51,987 nt of DNA, from assembly GCA_947372495.1 (NCBI GenBank), contig CANBTZ010000001.1, positions 1 to 51,987 of the forward strand, read 5' to 3'. Origin of the DNA: Comamonadaceae bacterium. Lineage in GTDB: Bacteria > Pseudomonadota > Gammaproteobacteria > Burkholderiales > Burkholderiaceae_C. Positions within the stretch are counted from its first letter, which is position 1; every line of letters begins with the position of its first letter. The notes beneath the pieces were generated by a model that was not told the origin of the DNA, did not search any database, and was given only the letters and a program-made list of their open reading frames with translations. A program made the translations under genes and the position numbers. Of the stretch, positions 36,051 to 45,916 are shown piece by piece.

Positions 36051-37178
36051 TCAGAGGGTGTTCATCTGGCGGCGGTACCACTCGTGGAAGTGCTGCATGC
36101 CGTCTTCCATGGGGCTTTGGTAGGGGCCGACCTCGTTGTCGCCGCGCGCCAGCAGGGCTTTGCGGCCCGCGTCCATGCGTTCGGCGATCTCGTCGTCCTC
36201 GATGCAGGTTTCCATGTAAGCCGCTTGCTGGGCTTCGACGAATTCACGCTCAAACGCCACGATTTCTTCGGGGTAATAGAACTCCACCATGTTCATCGTC
36301 TTGTTCGGCCCGATCGGGTGCAGGGTCGACACCGTGAGCACATGCGGGTACCACTCGACCATGATGTGCGGGTAATAGGTCAACCAGATCGCGCCGCGCT
36401 CGGGCAGTTGGCCATTGCGGTATTTGAGCAGCACCTCGTGCCACTTTTTGTAGGTGTCCGAGCCGGGTTTGCCAAAACCACCCGACACACCCACGGTCTG
36501 CACCGAATAGTGCTCCTTGAACTCCCAGCTCAGGTCGTCGCAGGTGACGAACTGGCCCAAGCCCGGATGAAATGGCCCAACGTGGTAGTCCTCAAGGTAG
36601 ACCTCGATGAAGGTTTTCCAGTTGTAGTTGCACTCGTGCAACTCGACGCGGTCCAGCGCGTAACCCGAAAAGTCCAGCTGGCTGCGCGGGCCCATGCCGC
36701 CCAAGTCGGCAGCAATGTCGCGGCCATTGTCTTCAAACAGCAGACCGTTCCACTCTTGCAGCTTGTAATTGTTCAGGTTCAGGCAAGGGTCGTGCGAGAA
36801 ATGCGGCGCGCCCAGCAGTTGACCGTTGGGGGCGTAAGTCCAGCGGTGCAGTGGGCAGACGATGTTGCCGCCCGCGTGGCCTTTTTGCTGGGTGTTCAGG
36901 TTGCCCCGGCCGCTGAGCATCACGGCCTGGCGGTGGCGGCAGACGTTGGAGACGAGTTCCACCCCGCCTTGGGCGTTGCGCACCAAAGCGCGGCCTTCCC
37001 CCTCGTGGGGCAGGGCGCAGTAGTCGCCCGGGTTGGGCACCGCCAGTTGGTGGCCCACATAGCGGGGGCCTTGCTTGAAAAGCGTGTTCAATTCGCGCTG
37101 GAACAGCGCTTCATCGAAATAAGTGGAAACTGGTAGTTGGCTTGCGGCCTGCTGCAGTTGAAGACTTAAATCAGACAT
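36051..37178 (-). CDS. Rieske non-heme iron oxygenase alpha subunit (possibly putrescine 2-hydroxylase)
   Basis: CRHR...CPLHRWTY Rieske motif; NWK.FIEVYLEDYHVGPFH mononuclear Fe motif. The specific function is an inference. Confidence 0.88.
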   Translation of the reverse strand: MSDLSLQLQQAASQLPVSTYFDEALFQRELNTLFKQGPRYVGHQLAVPNPGDYCALPHEGEGRALVRNAQGGVELVSNVCRHRQAVMLSGRGNLNTQQKGHAGGNIVCPLHRWTYAPNGQLLGAPHFSHDPCLNLNNYKLQEWNGLLFEDNGRDIAADLGGMGPRSQLDFSGYALDRVELHECNYNWKTFIEVYLEDYHVGPFHPGLGQFVTCDDLSWEFKEHYSVQTVGVSGGFGKPGSDTYKKWHEVLLKYRNGQLPERGAIWLTYYPHIMVEWYPHVLTVSTLHPIGPNKTMNMVEFYYPEEIVAFEREFVEAQQAAYMETCIEDDEIAERMDAGRKALLARGDNEVGPYQSPMEDGMQHFHEWYRRQMNTL

Positions 37179-37197
37179 GGGTGACCTGACCTAGAGA

Positions 37198-37291
37198 CTC
37201 CCCCTATGAAGGGGCAGGGACAAAGCGCCCAATCCTTCGATTCGGGCGCAAAAAAAGACAGGCAAACACCTGTCGGGGAGGGGAGATTGTA
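37198..37291 (-). promoter_or_regulatory. Promoter (-10 TACAAT) and structured leader with a terminator-like hairpin upstream of the Rieske gene
   Basis: Minus strand: GACAGGU-GUUU-GCCUGUC-U7, then GCGCCC...GGGCGC and CCCCU-UCAU-AGGGG hairpins. Confidence 0.5.
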
Positions 37292-37360
37292 CCCTTGCAC
37301 CGCAGGGGCTCGGGGCCTCTGCGCCAAAGGCCTAAAATCTCACTTTTGATCGAAATACCC

Positions 37361-37603
37361 ATGCCCAAAGCTGCCCCCGCATCCCCTTCGCCCGCGTTGC
37401 CCAACAACTACGAAGCGGCATTGCGTGAACTGGAGCAGTTGGTCGGCGAGCTGGAGTCGGGGCAAATGCCTCTGGATCAGTTGCTGACGGGCTACCAGCG
37501 GGGCGCGGCTTTGCTGGGCTTTTGCAGAGACAAACTGCAAGCCGTGGAAGACCAGATCAAGGTGCTCGACGGCGGTCAGCTCAAACCCTGGAACGAGGCC
37601 TGA
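37361..37603 (+). CDS. xseB: Exodeoxyribonuclease VII small subunit
   Basis: [24 protein letters not shown]...YQRG; first gene of xseB-ispA-dxs. Confidence 0.95.
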   Translation: MPKAAPASPSPALPNNYEAALRELEQLVGELESGQMPLDQLLTGYQRGAALLGFCRDKLQAVEDQIKVLDGGQLKPWNEA

Positions 37604-37605
37604 GC

Positions 37606-38505
37606 ATGGCTTTTGATCTTCAGGGCTGGATGCAGCCGCACCTGCTGCGGGTCGAACAGGCACTTTCCGATGGCGTCGATCCCGCAGCTCCGGCGGGCCT
37701 GGGCGAGGCCATGCGGTATGCGGTGCTGGATGGCGGCAAACGCCTGCGCCCTTTGCTGGTGCTGGCCGCCGCTGAAGCGGCCGGTGCCCCGACGCTGGAC
37801 GCGGCCTTGCGCGCTGCCTGCGCTTTGGAGCTGATTCACGCTTATTCATTGGTGCACGACGACATGCCTTGCATGGACAACGATGTGCTGCGCCGGGGCA
37901 AGCCCACGGTGCATGTTCAGTTCGGTCAGGCACAGGCACTGCTCGCGGGCGATGCCTTGCAGGCTTTGGCGTTTGAGTTGCTCACCCCGCAAGATGGCAG
38001 TGTGCCGCCTGCGGTGCAGGCCGCTTGTGTGGGCTTGCTGGCCCGAGCGTCGGGTTACTGGGGCATGGCGGGCGGGCAGGCGATTGACCTGGCCAGCGTG
38101 GGTGACCAGCTGAGTGAAGACCAGCTGCGCCAAATGCACCGCCTCAAGACCGGTGCCTTGCTGCTGTGCAGCGTGCAAATGGGTGTGGCGTGCGGCGCGG
38201 CGGTTTCCGAGCAAACGCGTGCGGCGTTCAACCGATTTGGCGAGGTGCTGGGCCTGGCTTTTCAGGTGGTGGACGACATCCTGGACGTGACCGCCGACTC
38301 GGTCACCCTGGGCAAGACCGCAGGCAAGGACGCCGCGGCCGACAAACCCACTTACGTGGCGCTGATGGGCTTGCAAACAGCCCAGCGTTATGCCGATCAA
38401 CTGGCCGGGGAGGCCATGCAGGCGCTGGCCGACACCGGTTTGCCGCCCGAACGGCTGGCTGCCTTGCAAGGCTTGGCCGGCATGGTGGTGCACAGAACCC
38501 ATTGA
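37606..38505 (+). CDS. ispA: Farnesyl diphosphate synthase
   Basis: GGKRLRP, SLVHDDMPCMDND..RRGKPT, FQVVDDILD, GKTAGKD. Confidence 0.95.
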   Translation: MAFDLQGWMQPHLLRVEQALSDGVDPAAPAGLGEAMRYAVLDGGKRLRPLLVLAAAEAAGAPTLDAALRAACALELIHAYSLVHDDMPCMDNDVLRRGKPTVHVQFGQAQALLAGDALQALAFELLTPQDGSVPPAVQAACVGLLARASGYWGMAGGQAIDLASVGDQLSEDQLRQMHRLKTGALLLCSVQMGVACGAAVSEQTRAAFNRFGEVLGLAFQVVDDILDVTADSVTLGKTAGKDAAADKPTYVALMGLQTAQRYADQLAGEAMQALADTGLPPERLAALQGLAGMVVHRTH

Positions 38506-38508
38506 GCG

Positions 38509-40374
38509 ATGACCCATTTACTTGACTCCATTCAGTCGCCGTCCGACGTGCGCCAACTTCCCCGGGGCGAGTTGAACCATCTGGCGCAGGAGCTGCGCCA
38601 AAGTGTGCTCGACAATGTCTCCAAAACGGGCGGCCACCTGAGCTCCAATCTGGGCACGGTGGAACTCACGGTGGCCTTGCATTACGTGTTCAACACGCCC
38701 GATGACCGCATCGTCTGGGACGTGGGCCACCAGACCTACCCCCACAAAATCCTGACCGGTCGTGCGGCCCGCATGCCCACACTCCGCCAGTTGAATGGCC
38801 TGTCGGGTTTCCCGCGCCGTGACGAAAGCGAATACGACACCTTTGGGGTGGGGCATTCGTCCACCAGCATCTCGGCCGCTCTGGGCATGGCCCTGGCGGC
38901 CCGCCAAAAGGGCGAGAGCCGCCACGCGGTTGCCGTGATCGGTGACGGTGCGATGACCGCTGGCATGGCCTTCGAGGCGCTCAACCATGCAGGGGTAGAA
39001 GACTGCAAGTTGCTGGTGATCCTGAACGACAACGACATGTCGATCAGCCCGCCCGTGGGCGCGCTCAACCGCTATTTGGCCCAGCTGATGAGCGGGCGTT
39101 TTTACGCCGCTGCCAAAGAGGGTGCCAAGCAGGTGCTCAAGGCCGCGCCGCCGCTCTTTGAGTTGGCCAAGCGCTTCGAGGAGCATGCCAAGGGCATGGT
39201 GGTGCCCGCCACTTTGTTTGAAAAATTTGGCTTCAACTACATCGGCCCCATCGACGGGCACGACCTGGAGTCGCTGATTCCGACGCTTGAAAATATCAAG
39301 CAGCTTGACGGCCCGCAGTTCTTGCATGTGGTGACCAAAAAAGGTCAAGGCTACAAGCTGGCCGAGGCCGACCCTGTGGCTTACCATGGTCCGGGCAAGT
39401 TTGACCCAGCGGTGGGCCTAGTCAAGTCCAGTGCGGTCCCCAAACCCACCTTCACCCAGGTGTTTGGTCAATGGCTGTGCGACATGGCCGAGCAGGACGA
39501 GCGCCTGGTGGGCATCACCCCGGCCATGCGCGAAGGCTCGGGCATGGTGGCCTTTCACAAGCGCTTTCCGAAACGCTATTACGACGTGGGCATCGCCGAG
39601 CAGCATGCGGTGACGCTGGCGGCAGGCATGGCCTGCGAGGGCCTCAAACCTGTGGTGGCGATTTACTCGACCTTTTTGCAGCGGGGCTACGACCAGTTGA
39701 TCCACGATGTGGCGCTGCAAAACCTGCCGGTGGTGTTTGCGCTGGACCGCTCGGGTCTGGTGGGCGCTGACGGCGCCACGCACGCTGGGGCCTACGACAT
39801 CGCTTTCACACGCTGTATTCCCAACATGAGTGTGGCTTGCCCGGCGGACGAGCGCGAGTGCCGCCAACTGCTCAGCACCGCTTATGCGCAAAACCACCCC
39901 GTGACTGTGCGCTACCCGCGTGGTGCTGGGGCGGGCATGCAGCCCGATGCTGACTTGCAGCCGCTGCCATTGGGCAAAGGCGAAGTGCGCCGCAAAGGCA
40001 AAACGACGGCCATATTGACCTTTGGCAGCATGCTTTACCCTGCGCTGGAGGCCGCTGAGGTGCTGGACGCCACCGTGGTCAACATGCGCTGGGCCAAGCC
40101 GCTCGACACCGAGCTGCTGGCGCAGGTGGCGGGTGATCACGAACAAATCGTCACGCTTGAAGAAGGCTGCATCATGGGCGGCGCAGGCAGCGCCGTCATG
40201 GAAGCTTTGCAAAGCCTGGGCCTGGTGCGGCAAGTCTTGCAATTGGGTTTGCCGGACGAGTTCATCGAGCACGGCGACCCGGTCAAGCTGCTGTCCATGC
40301 AGGGCCTGGATGCGGCCGGGATCGAGCGGTCCATCCGCCAACGGTGGCCGCAGATGCGGCCATCGGGCAGCTGA
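38509..40374 (+). CDS. dxs: 1-deoxy-D-xylulose-5-phosphate synthase
   Basis: [35 protein letters not shown]. Confidence 0.98.
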   Translation: MTHLLDSIQSPSDVRQLPRGELNHLAQELRQSVLDNVSKTGGHLSSNLGTVELTVALHYVFNTPDDRIVWDVGHQTYPHKILTGRAARMPTLRQLNGLSGFPRRDESEYDTFGVGHSSTSISAALGMALAARQKGESRHAVAVIGDGAMTAGMAFEALNHAGVEDCKLLVILNDNDMSISPPVGALNRYLAQLMSGRFYAAAKEGAKQVLKAAPPLFELAKRFEEHAKGMVVPATLFEKFGFNYIGPIDGHDLESLIPTLENIKQLDGPQFLHVVTKKGQGYKLAEADPVAYHGPGKFDPAVGLVKSSAVPKPTFTQVFGQWLCDMAEQDERLVGITPAMREGSGMVAFHKRFPKRYYDVGIAEQHAVTLAAGMACEGLKPVVAIYSTFLQRGYDQLIHDVALQNLPVVFALDRSGLVGADGATHAGAYDIAFTRCIPNMSVACPADERECRQLLSTAYAQNHPVTVRYPRGAGAGMQPDADLQPLPLGKGEVRRKGKTTAILTFGSMLYPALEAAEVLDATVVNMRWAKPLDTELLAQVAGDHEQIVTLEEGCIMGGAGSAVMEALQSLGLVRQVLQLGLPDEFIEHGDPVKLLSMQGLDAAGIERSIRQRWPQMRPSGS

Positions 40375-40394
40375 TCCACATCAAAATAACCGGT

Positions 40395-40432
40395 TTCTGA
40401 AGCGTCCTTTTTTGGGCGTTCCCGCTTCAGAA
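40395..40432. terminator. Inverted repeat downstream of dxs (possible terminator)
   Basis: TTCTGAAGCG ... CGCTTCAGAA 10-bp arms; no clear U-tract. Confidence 0.35.
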
Positions 40433-40543
40433 GGGTAAACCCGAGCCTGTTGGTGGTTTTGTTGTTTCTACAATAGCGTCGACCGCCGTTGCTCCGGTGC
40501 CGAAATCGGGGCCTGTTTCATTTGTTAAAAAAGGAGTCCATCC

Positions 40544-41623
40544 ATGGATCGTCGTTCCATTTTGAAAAACGCTGGCATTGCAGGCGTTTTGGCTGCGGGC
40601 GTTGCCCCGGCTGTGCATGCCCAAGCGGCAGTTCGCTGGCGCCTGGCTTCGAGCTTCCCCAAGTCGCTGGACACTTTGTTTGGTGGTTCCGAAGTTTTCG
40701 CCAGAAAAGTCAAGGAAATGAGCGGCGGCAAGTTCGAGATTTCGACCCATGCGGCCGGTGAACTGATGCCCGCATTCGGCGTGCTCGATGGCGTTCAAAA
40801 CGGCACCGTGGAATGTGCCCACACAGCGCCTTACTACTTTTTTGGCAAGGACGAAACCTTCGCTCTTGATTGCGCCATCCCCTTTGGCCTGAACAGCCGT
40901 CAGATGACCGCTTGGATGTTCGAAGGCAATGGCATGAAGCTGATGCGCGAGCACTATGCCAAGTACAACATCATGAACTTCGCGATGGGCAACACCGGCA
41001 CGCAAATGGGCGGCTGGTTCCGCAAGGAAATCAAATCGGCCAAGGACTTGCAGGGTCTGAAGTTCCGTGTGGGTGGCTTTGCAGGCAAGGTGCTCGAGCG
41101 CATGGGCGTGGTGCCACAAAACATTCCTGCTGGCGAGATTTACCAATCGCTTGAAAAAGGCACCATCGACGCAGCCGAGTGGATTGGCCCACACGACGAC
41201 CTGAAATTGGGTCTGAACAAAGTGGCGCCTTACTACTACTACCCCGGCTGGTGGGAGGGTGGTCCTCAGCTGACCCTGATGGTCAACCAAAAAGCTTATG
41301 ACGCTCTGTCACCAGAAAACAAGGCGATTGTGGAAGCAGCATCTGCCGTGGCCCACATTGAAATTCAGGCCCGTTACGATGTCTACAACCCGACCGCCCT
41401 CAAGCAATTGGCGGCCCAAAAGACCAAAGTCCTGCCTTTCCCCAAAGACATGATGGATGTGGCTTTCAAGCACTCACAAGAGCTTTACGCCGAGCTGAGT
41501 GCCAAAAATGCGAACTGGAAGAAAGTCTACGAAGACTACGCCAAGTTCCGTGCCGATCAAAACTGGTGGTTCCGTTTCGGTGAAGCCCGCTTTGACAGCT
41601 TCATGCAGTCGCAAAAGCTCTGA
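40544..41623 (+). CDS. dctP: TRAP substrate-binding protein (DctP; TakP/monocarboxylate-keto-acid type), Tat signal
   Basis: MDRRSILK, WRLASSFPKSLD, GNTGTQMGGWFRKEI, IDAAEWIGP, YYYPGWWE. Confidence 0.9.
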   Translation: MDRRSILKNAGIAGVLAAGVAPAVHAQAAVRWRLASSFPKSLDTLFGGSEVFARKVKEMSGGKFEISTHAAGELMPAFGVLDGVQNGTVECAHTAPYYFFGKDETFALDCAIPFGLNSRQMTAWMFEGNGMKLMREHYAKYNIMNFAMGNTGTQMGGWFRKEIKSAKDLQGLKFRVGGFAGKVLERMGVVPQNIPAGEIYQSLEKGTIDAAEWIGPHDDLKLGLNKVAPYYYYPGWWEGGPQLTLMVNQKAYDALSPENKAIVEAASAVAHIEIQARYDVYNPTALKQLAAQKTKVLPFPKDMMDVAFKHSQELYAELSAKNANWKKVYEDYAKFRADQNWWFRFGEARFDSFMQSQKL

Positions 41624-41644
41624 TCCACTTCAGACCTTGACTGC

Positions 41645-41678
41645 AAGCCCGCCGCGCGCAAGCCCGGCGGGCTTTTTT
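41645..41678 (+). terminator. Intrinsic terminator after dctP
   Basis: AAGCCCGCCG...CGGCGGGCTT followed by a T-run. Confidence 0.8.
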
Positions 41679-42148
41679 CATGGGCGTTGCTCGTGCATTT
41701 TCAGGGCATCGGCCAATCGGGTGAATTCGTCCAGCATGGCCCGGTTGCTGCAATAAAAAAAGCTGAACTTGCCTGCGAGGTTGCGCACATAGATGCGCGG
41801 CGCGATGAGGAACTCCAGCCCGCGGATGCGCATCACTTTGACGTAGGCCAACTCGCGCAGCGTCACGCGCCGCTGCCACATCCAAGTTTGTTCAATCGCG
41901 TCTGTGTCCAAGCTGGTGCGGCTGCGCTGGATGTGCCAGACGATGAAGGCCATCATCGCCCAGACCACGGCGCTCAATGCCCCTTGGCGAGAGTTCCAGT
42001 CGAGGTTCAGTCGCCAAAACCACGCCAGCAAACTCAACAAAATGAACCATGCCAGCGCTTTGAACACCCAGCCAAAAGCAGGTGCAATCATGGGCATTGC
42101 AGGCGCTTGGTAGGGGTAAGGCAGCGAGGGGGTTTCAGGGTGGGGCAT
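41678..42148 (-). CDS. Hypothetical membrane protein (2 TM + soluble C-terminal domain)
   Basis: Two hydrophobic segments then a beta-rich tail; fills the gap downstream of dctM. Confidence 0.6.
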   Translation of the reverse strand: MPHPETPSLPYPYQAPAMPMIAPAFGWVFKALAWFILLSLLAWFWRLNLDWNSRQGALSAVVWAMMAFIVWHIQRSRTSLDTDAIEQTWMWQRRVTLRELAYVKVMRIRGLEFLIAPRIYVRNLAGKFSFFYCSNRAMLDEFTRLADALKMHEQRP

Positions 42149-42247
42149 AGGGAGCTGACTTCAGAATGGAAAAAGCACCTCGGCAGCGGCTTGAAGGGGC
42201 GCTGACGAGGTGCCGAAAATGATGCCGCTTGGCGCGCAGGCCAGGGC

Positions 42248-43771
42248 TTACTTTTTGTCGCCTGAGCCTGGCAGGTCTTTCATCGGATCGTCGGATGTCC
42301 GCACATCGGCCGCCGGGGCATTGGCGTTGGCATCGGGTGCGGGGGCGTCATCCATCGGTGGGGCCGCTTCCAGCACCACCGAGTTGACGTCGACCACCAC
42401 AGGTTTGTCCAGGAACGCGGTCACCGATTGCGGCACAAAAATCACGATCACCACCAGCATGATCTGCATGATCACCCAGGGGATGGAGCCCATGTAAATG
42501 TCATTGGTCTTGATGGGCTCGGCGATGCGCTTTTCCTTGAACATCGTGTCTGCAATGCCGCGCAGGTAAAACAGCGCAAACCCAAACGGCGGGTGCATGA
42601 AGCTGGTCTGCAAGTTCACACACAGCAAAACGCCGAACCAGATCAGATCGATGCCCATCTTGTCGGCCACCGGGGCCAGCATGGGGATGATGATGAAAGC
42701 GATCTCGAAGAAGTCGAGGAAGAAGGCGAGGAAGAACACGAAGATGTTCACCACGATCAAAAAGCCCACCTGACCGCCAGGCAAGCCGGACAGCAGGTGC
42801 TCGACCCATTTGGCACCGTCCACACCCTGGAACACCAGGCTGAACACGCGCGAGCCGATCAGGATGAACACGACCATGGCCGTCAAGCGCATGGTGCCTT
42901 GCATGGCATCCCACAGCAGCTTGACGCTCAAGCGCTTGTGAATGGCTGCCAGAATCAGCGCACCCACCACGCCCATGGCACCGGCTTCGGTCGGCGTGGC
43001 GATGGCGTGGTCCTGGAAGGGCAAACCGCCCATCGAGCCCAGCACGGTGAAGATCAATACGGCAGACGGAATGATGCCTTTGAGGCACTTGCGCCACAGC
43101 GGCCAGCCATTCAAGGTGCGGGCCTCCAAAGGCACGCCAGGCACATAGTGCGGTTTGAACACCCCCAGGGCATAGGTGTAAATCGCGAACATGGCGATCT
43201 GCATGAGCGATGGACCCCACGCACCTTTGTACATGTCCCCCACAGGGCGGCCGAGCTGGTCGGCCAGCACCACCAGCACCAATGAGGGCGGCACCAGTTG
43301 GGTGATGGTGCCTGACGCGGCCAGCACACCGGTGGCGTAACGCGTGTCATAGCCGTAGCGCAGCATGACAGGCAGCGAAATCAGCGCCATGGCAATGACT
43401 TGGCCCGCCACCGTGCCGGTGATGGCTCCCAAAATGAAACCCACGATGATGACTGAGTAGCCCAGGCCGCCTTTGATGGGGCCGAACAATTGGCCCATCG
43501 CGTCGAGCATGTCTTCGGCCAGGCCGCACTTTTCAAGGATGGTGCCCATGAAGGTGAAGAATGGGATGGCCAGCAACAGATCGTTGCTCAAGATCGAGAA
43601 GATCGAGATCGGCAGATTGCCCAGAAAGGCCGCTGGAAACCAACCCATCTCAATGGCGAAAAAGCCACTGGCCAGGCCGAGCGCAGCCAACGAAAAAGCG
43701 ACCGGAAAGCCGATCAGCATCACGAACACCAAGCCCACAAACATGATGGGCGCAAAGTTTTCCATTTGCAT
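42248..43771 (-). CDS. dctM: TRAP large permease DctM
   Basis: GFPVAFSL, LLAIPFFTFMG, ASGTITQLVPPS, TPTEAGA, HPPFGFALFYLR. Confidence 0.93.
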   Translation of the reverse strand: MQMENFAPIMFVGLVFVMLIGFPVAFSLAALGLASGFFAIEMGWFPAAFLGNLPISIFSILSNDLLLAIPFFTFMGTILEKCGLAEDMLDAMGQLFGPIKGGLGYSVIIVGFILGAITGTVAGQVIAMALISLPVMLRYGYDTRYATGVLAASGTITQLVPPSLVLVVLADQLGRPVGDMYKGAWGPSLMQIAMFAIYTYALGVFKPHYVPGVPLEARTLNGWPLWRKCLKGIIPSAVLIFTVLGSMGGLPFQDHAIATPTEAGAMGVVGALILAAIHKRLSVKLLWDAMQGTMRLTAMVVFILIGSRVFSLVFQGVDGAKWVEHLLSGLPGGQVGFLIVVNIFVFFLAFFLDFFEIAFIIIPMLAPVADKMGIDLIWFGVLLCVNLQTSFMHPPFGFALFYLRGIADTMFKEKRIAEPIKTNDIYMGSIPWVIMQIMLVVIVIFVPQSVTAFLDKPVVVDVNSVVLEAAPPMDDAPAPDANANAPAADVRTSDDPMKDLPGSGDKK

Positions 43772-43818
43772 TTTTTAATTCCTTGCAGCGAGTCGAAGAG
43801 CAGTTGTGGCGCGACCGC

Positions 43819-44358
43819 TCACTGCAGTGGTTTTTCGTAGTGGGTGTCCATGGCGTAGTCACCCTTGAGGAAGGCCGCCCGCTTGATCAGCTCGGCCAAG
43901 CCTTGCAGCCAGACCATGGCAAAGCCCAGCGGCATGGCCAAGGTGGCAGGCCAGCGGATCAGGCCACCCGCATTGCTGCTGTGCTCACCGGTGACCAGCG
44001 TGTTCCAGAAGTAAGGGAACGAAATCCAAGCCAGAAAGCCCATGACGGGCATCAAAAAGAACACCAGTCCAAAGATGTCCACATAGACCGGGCCATTGCC
44101 CTTGAGCTTGCCGTACACGAGGTCGACGCGCACATGCTCGTTGAGCTTGAGCACATAGGGCGCCCCGACCATCACCATCCAGGCGAACAGGTACCACTGG
44201 ATTTCCAGCAGACCGTTGGAGCTCCAATCAATCCCATAACGCACAAAGGCGTTGCCTGCGCTGATCAATGCTGCCAGCAAAACCGTCCAAGTGGCCAAAC
44301 GACCCAAATGGTCGTTGAGCCAGTCGATGCCAAAGGCCAATTTAAGCAATCCAGACAC
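43819..44358 (-). CDS. dctQ: TRAP small permease DctQ
   Basis: SN..LEIQWYLF, HVRVDLVY, GEHSSNAGGL.RWP. Confidence 0.92.
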   Translation of the reverse strand: MSGLLKLAFGIDWLNDHLGRLATWTVLLAALISAGNAFVRYGIDWSSNGLLEIQWYLFAWMVMVGAPYVLKLNEHVRVDLVYGKLKGNGPVYVDIFGLVFFLMPVMGFLAWISFPYFWNTLVTGEHSSNAGGLIRWPATLAMPLGFAMVWLQGLAELIKRAAFLKGDYAMDTHYEKPLQ

Positions 44359-44456
44359 GGTCTTCCCCTAAAAATCAATTTTCACGATTGTAAGTGCCCA
44401 CCCGCGTGACATCGAATGTGTCCGAGCCCTCGCGTCCGTTAGCATTGGCCTGCTCT

Positions 44457-45194
44457 ATGAACACCTTCAACGACAGCGTCCTCGCGGCGCTGACCCTCAT
44501 CACATCGCTGGACCCGGCCCTTTGGGCCATCGTCATGCGCTCGCTGGCCGTCAGTGCCTTGGCCTGCTTGTTGGCCTATGGCCTGGGGGTGTTTTTGGGG
44601 GCATGGCTGGCGGTGGCCCGGTTTGCCGGGCGCAGCGCAGTGCTGCTGGTGCTCAACACCTTGTTGGCTTTGCCCTCGGTGGTGGTCGGCCTGGTGGTTT
44701 ATTTGCTGCTCTCGCGCACCGGGCCACTGGGCTTTTTGGGCTGGCTGTTCAGCTTCAAGGCGATGGTGGTGGCGCAGGTCATTCTGGTGTTGCCCGTGGT
44801 GATGGCTTTGACGCGGCAAGTGGTTGAAGATGTGGAACGACAGCATGGCGAGCAATGGGCATCGCTGGGAGCGGGGCCTCTGATGCGCAGTTGGTTGTTG
44901 GCCTGGGACGAACGGCTGGCTTTGCTGACCATTGCCGTGGCGGCTTTTGGGCGGGCGATTTCTGAGGTGGGTGCGGTGATGATCGTGGGCGGGAACATCG
45001 AAGGCTTCACGCGGGTCATGACCACGGCCATTGCGCTGGAAACCAGCAAAGGCGATTTGCCCTTGGCGTTGGGTTTGGGGCTGGTGCTGCTGTCGGTGGT
45101 TCTGCTGCTCAATCTGCTGGTGGCGGGGCTCAGGTACTGGGGCGCTGCAAGACAAGGGCACTTGGTGCTTGCGCCCAAAGGCTGGGTGGCTTGA
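44457..45194 (+). CDS. tupB: Tungstate ABC transporter permease
   Basis: LPSVVVGL..YLLLSRTGPLG, FGRAISEVGA.MIVGGNI...TRVMTTAIALETSKG. Confidence 0.88.
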   Translation: MNTFNDSVLAALTLITSLDPALWAIVMRSLAVSALACLLAYGLGVFLGAWLAVARFAGRSAVLLVLNTLLALPSVVVGLVVYLLLSRTGPLGFLGWLFSFKAMVVAQVILVLPVVMALTRQVVEDVERQHGEQWASLGAGPLMRSWLLAWDERLALLTIAVAAFGRAISEVGAVMIVGGNIEGFTRVMTTAIALETSKGDLPLALGLGLVLLSVVLLLNLLVAGLRYWGAARQGHLVLAPKGWVA

Positions 45195-45916
45195 TGTCGG
45201 CCTTACTGCAACTCGATCAGGTGTCGGTCCAGTTGGGGCCAGTGCTGGCACTGTCGGGCGTGACTTTGCGCGTTCACGCCGGGGAGCGCGTGGCGCTGGT
45301 GGGGGCCAACGGCAGTGGCAAGAGCAGCTTGCTGCGCACCCTGCACGGCTTGCTGCCTTGGCATGAGGGGCGCATGCAGTGTTCGCCCGGTTTGCGGCAG
45401 GCGATGCTGTTTCAGCGCCCCCATTTGCTGCGGGCCAGTGTGCTCACCAATGTGACTTTGGCATTGTGGCTGGACCGTGATCTGGGCTTGTCTTGGTCGG
45501 ATGCCCGCATCCGTGGCCTGCAGGCTTTGCAGCGTGTGGGCTTGAGTGCTGTGACGCAGCAAAGCGGCAGGCAGCTTTCAAGTGGGCAGCTGCAGCGCGT
45601 GGCGCTGGCACGCGCCTTGGCGCGGCAGCCTGATCTGCTCTTGCTTGATGAGCCCACGGCCAGCCTGGATCCGCATGCCAAGCGCGAAGTCGAAAGTCTG
45701 ATGCAGACCTTCGCGCAGGGGGCGGATGGACGCGCCTTGACTCTGATTTGGGCCAGCCACAACCTCGGGCAAGTCAAGCGGCTGGCCACCCGTGTCGTTT
45801 ACCTCGAAGGGGGCCGCTTGCTGGCGGACCTGCCCGTTGCCGATTTTTTCAATGCCGCCATGCTGGCCGAGCACAGCCCTGCGGCCCACGCTTTTGTTCA
45901 AGGAGAACAGCCATGA
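45194..45916 (+). CDS. tupC: Tungstate ABC transporter ATPase
   Basis: GANGSGKS, LSSGQLQR, LLLDEPT; TGATG coupling to tupB. Confidence 0.82.
   Translation: MSALLQLDQVSVQLGPVLALSGVTLRVHAGERVALVGANGSGKSSLLRTLHGLLPWHEGRMQCSPGLRQAMLFQRPHLLRASVLTNVTLALWLDRDLGLSWSDARIRGLQALQRVGLSAVTQQSGRQLSSGQLQRVALARALARQPDLLLLDEPTASLDPHAKREVESLMQTFAQGADGRALTLIWASHNLGQVKRLATRVVYLEGGRLLADLPVADFFNAAMLAEHSPAAHAFVQGEQP

Noticed and set aside
44359-44456. Moco/Wco riboswitch or ModE box before tupB
   Set aside because: The 98-nt gap is shared with divergent dctQ, is too short for the aptamer, and shows no recognisable motif.
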